Below the pieces are notes generated by a model. It did not search any database. It was not told where the DNA came from and worked only from the letters and a program-made list of their open reading frames with translations. DNA of 64,000 bases. It comes from the human T2T-CHM13v2.0 reference genome, Homo sapiens. A program made the position numbers and the translations under genes. The stretch lies in assembly GCF_009914755.1 (NCBI RefSeq), contig NC_060933.1; one strand, given 5' to 3'. Numbering within the stretch: the first letter of the stretch is position 1; the number at the start of each line of letters is the position of its first letter. Positions 50,214 through 64,000 of the stretch are shown here, piece by piece.

Positions 50214-50370
50214 AGCCCGGTGTGGTGGCGGGCACTTGTAGTCCTAGCTACTTGGAAGGCCGAGATGGGCCCAGGAGTTTGAGGCTATAGAGGGCTATGG
50301 TTGCACCTGTGAATAGTCACTGCACACTAGCTCGGGCAACATAGCTAGACCCTGTCTCTAAAAAAGAAAA
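50214..50370 (+). mobile_element. FAM (fossil Alu monomer)
   Basis: A single monomer retaining the 7SL-derived CCTGTGAATAG.CACTGCAC and GGGCAACATAGC.AGACCC. Confidence 0.85.
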
Positions 50371-51082
50371 ATTCTGCTGTAATAAACCTGCACACATAAA
50401 ATGATGTCTATGTGTCTATATAGTGTGTATATACATATGTGTTTAGGAAATGTGTATATATGTGTGTGTGTTTGTGTGTGTGGATACTGTATTAGTTAAG
50501 ACAAAAAAATCTGGCTTCATATGTTATAAAATAATGTCTTGAGCTATCCACTCAAGTGTGCTTTCTTGTTTCTCTGTTTTTTTTTTTTTCCTATTTCATT
50601 CAGTGGTTTTCACTGCCTTTGGGAAAAAGTGACACAGCAAAACACTTAGAAGAATCAAATGTTTATCCTTTGAGAATGTGGTCTGTACATAAGAGAAAAC
50701 ATTTAGAATCAAATTATGAGACTAAACCAGTTTCCCTCACCTGCAGCTAGATAAAAATTTCTAAGAGGAAGGAGAGAATCAGGAAAGATTGAAGACTTGA
50801 CTCCCTGATAAGGGTTCTGCCCGAGTTCTGAGAATGGAGAATAAAAGACACCCTCCCCCTCTCTAATAGATTTTGTCAGTGAAGGTCAGAGAGGCCCACG
50901 AAATCAGGTCTGGGGAGCAAGGTAAAACCCAGAATTTCTACATGATCATGTTAAAGAGGGAATAAAGGAATATCATTATAGTGTATCTGGGCAGGTGGGC
51001 ATGAGACAGCCTGATTGAGTTCCTGAAATCCCAGGTCGGTGTGGGAGCAGCAGAATATTTTAGGTGGCTGAGAGCTCCATAG

Positions 51083-53141
<2,059 letters not shown>

Positions 53142-53169
53142 TGAAGTTTTGATTAAAAATGCTTTACTG

Positions 53170-53511
<342 letters not shown>

Positions 53512-54701
53512 TCATGACGCTGTGGAAGAACCGGTGAGGTAGGATGAGACATATTCTCAGATGCTATGCTGATTTGGGGCTGTGATGATTTTGGACCATA
53601 GACTATGATGAGGCTTCAAAAAGAGTGCAATAGTGTATTTTAATTTCTTTGGTTAGATTCAAATTAATCTTCAGAAAGACAAAATGCAGATGTAGTCTTG
53701 TTAGAGCTTGCTGATGAGACTAAATTTTCCAAGTGTTTGAGGAATGCCTAACAGGGGAAAGGCAAAGCAAACTATTTTTAATGACCTTATGGCTCTGAAT
53801 TGCTAAAAGGGAGTCAGTCCACCAGGCTCAGGCTACTTGGAGTAGAGGATCCTGTTTCAGTGACAAACTGGCTCATCCCTTAATCTGCCATAAAATGATG
53901 GCTTAGCATACATGTAGGAGCTGGGGCTAAGGGAGAAGGAGGTGCTGTGTTTTGCAGAAGAAGCTACATTCTGTAGTAAGGCCTGACTCTTCCCTGGCCT
54001 TGGAGGGGAAATACTTGTGAGACAGTGGCCAGGATCAGCTGAAGTGCCCTCTCTTCTTGCTTTGCCTATGGGACACTGAGCCCCTTTTTGTGGAATATAT
54101 TCATCCAGAGAACCCTCACACCTTATAATGCATAAAGTGATAAAGGCTTGGAGATCTGGAGAAACCCAAGGTGCGATCCCTGGCTCTAGAAGAAACTCGG
54201 GGCAGCCAGCATGATTTACTTTTCTCTGCTCCAAAGACTGGAGGATAAATTAAAGGAAAAGAGGGTATGACCCAGCAATCCACTGGTGCGAGTTGTTGCT
54301 TTAAGCAAAGACTACTGCTTCTCTTCCTGATTTTCCCCTGACCATACTCTCCCAGAGGTGTCTCCCAGCAACCACCAGAGTTGTGGTTAAGTACACCTAG
54401 CCAATCCAATAAATCTAAAGGAGATGCAGTCCACACAACCTTGCATGACTTGTCATGTGAGTTACTGTTCTGGAGAGACAAACTCAGGCTGGAAACTTAT
54501 TTGAGATAGCTTATGAAAACAAAGATAATTTATGATAAGGATACAGGCACTCTCATACAATCTAAGGTAGAAAAACAGCTAAGCATCAGAACAAACTGGA
54601 CCAAAGACTTAAACACTTCTGCTCCTTTGTGTAATTGGTTTCATGCATTTCTCTCTCTCCCTTCCTCTCTCTCTTTTCTCTCTGTGGACTAGGTTTTTCT
54701 A

Positions 54702-55070
<369 letters not shown>

Positions 55071-57155
55071 TTAAAAATTTCCCAACATTAAGTGTCAGCA
55101 ATTTGGAGAGGGACAGCTGTCTCTTGTTCTCTCTCTTCTCCAATTCTCAATTCCTAGGTCTGATGCTTTCCCTGGCTCAACTGACTATGGTTGTGGGGTA
55201 GGGCCATGAAACAGAAATATCACATTAGGATCCAACCTTTAATTATGTAGATGGACAGCAGTTTACAGAAAAAGTGGTGGGGAGGTGGAGGGAGGTGCTG
55301 AACAGACATTCTAAAAGGGCTCCACCAAAGAAAGCTATTTGTTATATTTATGAACATTCTGGAAAATTCTTTCAATTGTGTTCATGAATAAATTATGATT
55401 GGTTAAAAGCTAACACACATGTAGATTATATAACTTCTAAAATTTGTATTTGGTATCTGAATCTATATATTATTTTGGCATGTATAGAAAAATCCCAGAT
55501 ATTTCAAAGGCTATCATTAGAAAAACGTTAATGAAAAGGTTAATGGAATTCTATATATTTAGTTCCTGTGAGAATGTCCAGTTTAACTTTCTTAATCAAC
55601 TGATGAAGAAACAGAACTGAAATCACAAGATTATAAAGATATTTTAACGATGCATTTAGGTTTTCATTCTAAATGCTGAAAAAAGGTATCCCTGCAAATA
55701 CTGGTTAAGAAATTAAGAAGTCCAAAACCCAATAATGTAGTTGGCAGCCTGTTATAAAGATTTAGAGTATTCAAAGATAAAGGCAAATAAAAAGACTACT
55801 TTTTATACCAGAGTAGAAACAGTTTATTTTCATGATCACTGCTCTTACTTCAAATATATCTATTATCTAAGTTGATGCTTGCAAAAAGTCCTGATTCTTA
55901 CACAAAGGCAGTCGATTCATGGATCTCTTAGAGAGAGAAAAAAAAAAAGCTAGTTGGGTGTGTTACAGTTATATGAATCATGTAGGATGCTGCTTAATGC
56001 TATATTTATCATGGATGAAGGCATGTTTTCAGGGGAAACTATGAGTCTACCTAAAGTTACCCAGTTCACCTCTGTTCCAAGGGACTCATCTTTTCAGCAT
56101 TTTGTTTAGCATGTTACAAAGTACCCCGATGTCTTCTAAACTATTAGGATTGCAGGAGGAAACTCTCCCAGAGCTGCTAGAAGTCATCCTTGAAAGTTTG
56201 GATTTCTCCCGAAAACTTGTATTTCTATCATTGTTTTAACTATCTTCTTGAATCCTCTTGATCCTGACCTACATGTCCTCTTCCCTTGATTGCATTTAAA
56301 TTTAGCTGCATATAACCTTGCTCTTTTCCTTCTAATCCAACGTATAAACCATATCAGGGGAGGATATGTGATTTGTCAATTTTGTTGCCTCACTTCCTCC
56401 TCAAGAACTTTCAGTGGCTCCATTTTACCTCTGAGATTAAATTGCAGCCACTCATCCTGAGTTTTGGTGTTCCACAATCTGACATATCTAGTCAGCTTTG
56501 TGTTCTAGTGTGTTTGTGTTGCTATAAAGGAAGACTGAGACTAGATAGTTTAATAAGAAAAGAGGTTGATTTGGCTCACAATTCTGCTTGCTGGAAGATT
56601 GGGCATTTGGTAAAAGCCTTAGGCTGCTTCTATTCATGGCAGAAGAGTAAGCGGAGCCTTCATGTGCGGAAATCATAGGGCAAGGGAGGCAGCAAGGGAG
56701 GTGTGGAGAGGTGCCAGGCTCTTTTTAACAACCACTTCTCATGGGAACTAATACAGTGAGAACTCACTGACTCTTTCTACAGGGAGGGCATTAATTTATT
56801 CGTGAATGATTCTCCCCCATGACCAAAATACCTCTCATTAGGCCCCACCTCCAACATTGGGATAAAATTTCAACATGAGGTTTGAAGGGGGGACAAACAT
56901 CCAAACTATAGCATTCTGCTTTGGCCCCCTAAAACTTATGTCCTTCTCACATTCAAATACAATCATTTCTTCCTAATAGTCCCTAAAAGTCTTAACTTGT
57001 TCCAGCATAAACTCAAAAGTCCAAAGTCCAAAGTATCACCTGCGACTCAAGGCAACTTCTTTACAGCTGTGAGCTTGCAAAAATAAAAAATGAATTATAT
57101 TCTTCCATGATACAATGGTTGTACAGGCATTGAGTAAACATTCCCATTTCCCTAA

Positions 57156-57514
<359 letters not shown>

Positions 57515-58753
57515 AGACATTAATTCTTAAAACTCCAAAATAATTTCCTTTGATTCCATATACCACATCCTGGGCATAGTAGTGTGAGGGGTGGGTCCTA
57601 AGGCCTTAGGCAGCCCCACTCTTTGGCTTTGCTGGGTGCAGCCCACGTGACTGCTCTCACAGATTGAAGCCCAATGCCTGTGCCTTTTTCAGGCTGCAGT
57701 TGTATGTTGCTGGTGGCTCTATAATTCTGGGGTCTGGAGGGTGGTAGCCCTGCTCCCACACCTCCAATAGATAATGCCCAAGTAGAGGCTGTGTGTGGTT
57801 GATCTGACCCTATGGCAGACTTCTGCCTGCCTTCCCAGGTGTTCCAATAAATCCTCTGAAATCTAGGTGGAAGCTGCCAAGCCTCCAACATTCTTGCATT
57901 ATGGGCACCTGCAGATTTCACACCATGAAGCCACCAAGGCTTACCACTTACACCCACCTGAGCAGTGGCTCAAACAGTACCTGGGGCCATTGGAGCCATG
58001 GATGGAGCCAGAGTGGCCAGGATGCAGACAGCAGCATCCTGAGGCAGCACAGGGCAGTGGTACCCCAGGCTTGTCCTGCAAAATTATTTTGTCCTCCTAG
58101 GCCTCTAGGCTTGTGATGGGAGGAGCAGCCTCAAAGGTTTCTGAAATGCCTTTGGGGCCTTTTTTTTCCAAAGTCTTGGCTATTAGAACCTAGCTCCCAC
58201 TTAGTCATGCTAATATCTCTCTAGCAAGTGTTTGGCTGCATCCTTGAATTCCTCTCCTGAAAACACTCTTTCTTCATCTACCACATGGCCAGGCTGTAAA
58301 TCTTCCAAATTTTTATGCTTTACTTGGTTTTTAGTTACAATTTACAACTTTAGGTCACTCATTTGCTGCCATATCTAGTTTAGAATCATATTTACAATTA
58401 AAAGCAGTGTAAACCAAAAAGTATCTGAGACAGGTCTCAATCAATGTAAGGGTTTATTTTGCGATGGTTAAGGACCATGGCCCATGACACAGCCTCAGGA
58501 AGTCCTGAGAACATGTGCCCAAGGTAGTTTTGTGTAGCTTGGTTTTATACATTTTAGGGAGACAGAAGTTACAGACAAAAACATAAATCAATACATGCAA
58601 GGTATACATTGGTTTGGCCCAGAAAGGCAAGACATCTCCAAGTGGGGGCTTCCAGGTCATAGGTATATTCAAAAATTTCCTGATTGGCAATGGTTGAATG
58701 AGTTAAGCTCTGCCTGAACAGTTGAAGTCAGCTTGAGTTAAGATAAAGAGGTT

Positions 58754-59142
<389 letters not shown>

Positions 59143-59255
59143 TTAAAAGGTGTCAGACTCTCTGGAAAAAACTTGGTAAGGGAGAGATTCTCTACAGAAC
59201 ACTAACTTCCTCCACAAGAGACAACATTGCAGGGCCTTTTCAAAATGTCAAATAA

Positions 59256-59650
<395 letters not shown>

Positions 59651-60001
59651 ATAAAATACTTTTATTTCCTTTAGGTCTTGCTATGTCATGTGATGCTATA
59701 TCAGAGTCGGGTTCAAATTTGGTATCTTATTGCTACAAAGAGTCTGTTTTGTCAGTCATATGATCTCTGTTTTAATGTTAATGCTGGTCATTTGTGTCTA
59801 AACTCCAAAGGGGGAGGGTGTAATAAGGCATGTTGGGTACCCTCTCATCTTGCTATGGCATGAGCTAGTTTTTCAGGTTTCTTTGGGATCTCCTTGACCA
59901 AGGGGTCCATTCAGTTGATTGGGGGAGTTTGAATTTTAATTTTGATTTCCAGCAGCCACGCCACTTCTTGAATGCTGTGTTGCTTAGAAATTTCTTCTGC
60001 T

Positions 60002-60354
<353 letters not shown>

Positions 60355-61651
60355 TCATCACTCTTAACTGCAGCCTTCCACAAATCCATAGGGCATGGAC
60401 ACAACACAGCCAAGTTTTTTTTTTCTAAAGCATAACATGGAACCCTTTGCTCTAGTTCCCAGTAAGTTTCTCATTTCCTTCTGAGACCTGCTCAGCCTTG
60501 CCTTTACTATCTATATTTCTATCAGCATTTTGGTCAAAACCACTTAACTAATCTCTAAGAAGTTCCAAACTTTCCCTCATCTGCCTGTCTTCTTCTGAGC
60601 CCTCCAGGTTCTTCCAACCTCTGTCCAATGCCCTGTTCCAAAGTTGCTTCCACATTTTCAGTTGTCTTTACAGCAACATTTCACTACTTGGTACCAGTAT
60701 TCTGACTTTGTCCATTTTGCATTGCTTTAAACGAATACCGGAGGATGGGTCATTTACAAAGAAAGGGGTTTATTTGGCTCACAGTTCTGCAAGCCTGTAC
60801 AAGAAGCATGGTGCCAGGATTTGCTTTTGGTGAAGGCAAGGAAGCTTCCATTCATGGCAGAAAGTGAAGGGGAGCCTCCATGTGCAGAGATCACATGGCG
60901 AGAGAGGAAGAGCGTGAGAGGAGGGGAAGGTACCATGGTCTTTTTAACAGAGGTACAGGCTTTTGAGGGAACTAACAGATTGAGAACTCGCTCACTCCCA
61001 CCCCTGCCAGGGAGGTCATTAATCTGTTCATGAGGGATCCACCCACATAACACACACATCTCATTAGGCCCCACCTCCAACATTGGGATCAAATTTCAAC
61101 ATGAAGTTTGGGAGGGCGAACATCCAAAGTACAGCACCTTGTTTCTTGTTGTTTTCTAATATTTGTTCTTTATCCCAGGAAATGGGGGGTAGGAAGGTGA
61201 GTTCTTGGTGTACTCTAAGCAGTCATGCTCAGCCTGTACTATCAAATTTTATTCCATTTATTCTTCTGTTGAGGCTTGCATGACTTCCCTAAGGTACAAT
61301 GGCAGAGATAGCCACATGGGTAGTAAAATCAGGGGCAGACAGACCAGCTTTCTGCCAGGAATTTACCTCAGGGAAATTCCTCATCTTTGACTTTCCTCGT
61401 TCTGACTTTTTTTCTTTTAATTCCACCTCCTCTCCAAACCTGGCACTATTCCTTTCCAATCTTTATCCTTGTCCTTACTGTTTTGAAGTTGGCTCTTATG
61501 CCTGTTTGTCTTTGCAATCTGTCTCTGCATCGCGTGTTGGTAGTCATTTATTTTTGTCCCTAGTCATGATTCCCAGAACTTTGCTGTGGTCATTTTGATG
61601 CCCCACCCTTTGACTATTACAAACCAGGAGAGCTCATGCAAGTGGCCACAT

Positions 61652-61850
61652 GCTGTAGTGGTTAAGAGCACAGGCCCCGTAGCTGAACTTGAAACTCAGC
61701 ATGACAACATGCTGGCTGTGTGACTAAGGCAAATTAAATGACCACTCTGTGTCCTTATTTTCTTATACATAAAATGGAGCTACAATAGTACCTCCTCATA
61801 GGGATGTTGTGAAGCTTCAGTGAGTTAATACAGATATAATGATTAGTTAT
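61652..61850 (+). mobile_element. MIR
   Basis: gtagtggttaagagcacagg..gctgtgtgact..taaaatgg..aatagtacct.ctcataggg.tgttgtga. Confidence 0.85.
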
Positions 61851-62309
61851 CTGCCTCCATTAAATCCAATCATCAATACTACCCAGCTTTATTAAAACTT
61901 CTGACTTTTGTTTTGGATGTGGCCAGGTCCTGAACTGAATTGTTTTTTCCAGGTCAAATTTAAATCTACCCTCCTTTCCTTTTTCTCAATGCCAAATTGT
62001 TCTTCAGTTTCCATCTCTAGCCCCATAATCTTTGATTTCTCTTGTCCACATGGATGGTTACCTTTTCTGAAATGTCATAGCTCTTACAGTGCTAGCCACC
62101 TATTTTGATGCCAAATCTTTACACCAACCAGTGTTATCACTTAATCAATTCTTACATCTATGTCTTAACTTCTCCAACCAAACTTAAGACTTGTTGGTGC
62201 CAAGAATCAAATCTCATACTTTTGAGTTATTCAAACCATACAGAACAGTAGATACTGAATAAGTATTTGTCTGAATGAATTGTTTGAATAACTTAAAGAG
62301 CCTAGAAGC

Positions 62310-62645
<336 letters not shown>

Positions 62646-62944
62646 TTAGAAGAGGAAGCTTGATAGATGAAAATTTCCAGATCAACGGCATTTTATGTAC
62701 TTCTCAGAAACAAGGTATGACTAGACTGAAAGATCTGAAGTCAGGAAGAAACTTCTTGGTATCAGTCTGTGCCCTTAGGAAGAAGTGAGGTCATAAGCTC
62801 TATTAGCACACATAGCTGAAAAACTGAAAGAGGATGTAAGAGAAAGGATTGTTAAAAAACAAAAACAAAAAAACACAAAAAACCAAAAATAAAAAATCTG
62901 GGTGAGGTATTTGCAATACTAGAGCCAAAGAATTTGACCTAAGA

Positions 62945-63881
<937 letters not shown>

Positions 63882-64000
63882 AGGCCTCAGTTTTCTAATG
63901 TGTAAAATGAAAATATGCACTAGACCTTCACTTGTTTTTTTCTATGTGATAATTTTTTTTAAAAAAAGAAGGTGTCATGTTACATTTTATCTTTATGTTT

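Overview
Primate (human/ape-type) non-coding genomic DNA, either intergenic or deep intronic. I find no credible protein-coding gene. A large share of the window is interspersed repeat. It holds about 47 Alu-family elements (including a FAM monomer), a minus-strand LTR12C (ERV9) solo LTR, and a 5'-truncated HERV-L (integrase end + dUTPase) with its MLT2A1 LTR. It also holds a two-LTR MST (MaLR) provirus carrying a nested MER4 LTR and four Alus, several other MaLR/ERV LTRs, a 5'-truncated L1PA, MER2/Tigger2a/MER20/MER5/MER102 DNA transposon fossils, and MIR/L2 fragments. One retroposed U13 (SNORD13) snoRNA copy with TSDs is present. The only ORFs with recognisable homology are the HERV-L dUTPase and the L1 ORF2p C-terminus; the others are Alu-derived, microsatellite-derived or chance. 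I could not identify the locus or a host gene, and I see no evidence of a genuinely new biological system. The best leads are an MST provirus with apparently discordant LTRs, the U13 retrocopy, possible LTR-driven lncRNA exons, a fused inverted-Alu junction and an AP-1/NF-kB motif cluster. Repeat subfamily names come from recalled consensus sequences and need RepeatMasker/Dfam confirmation.
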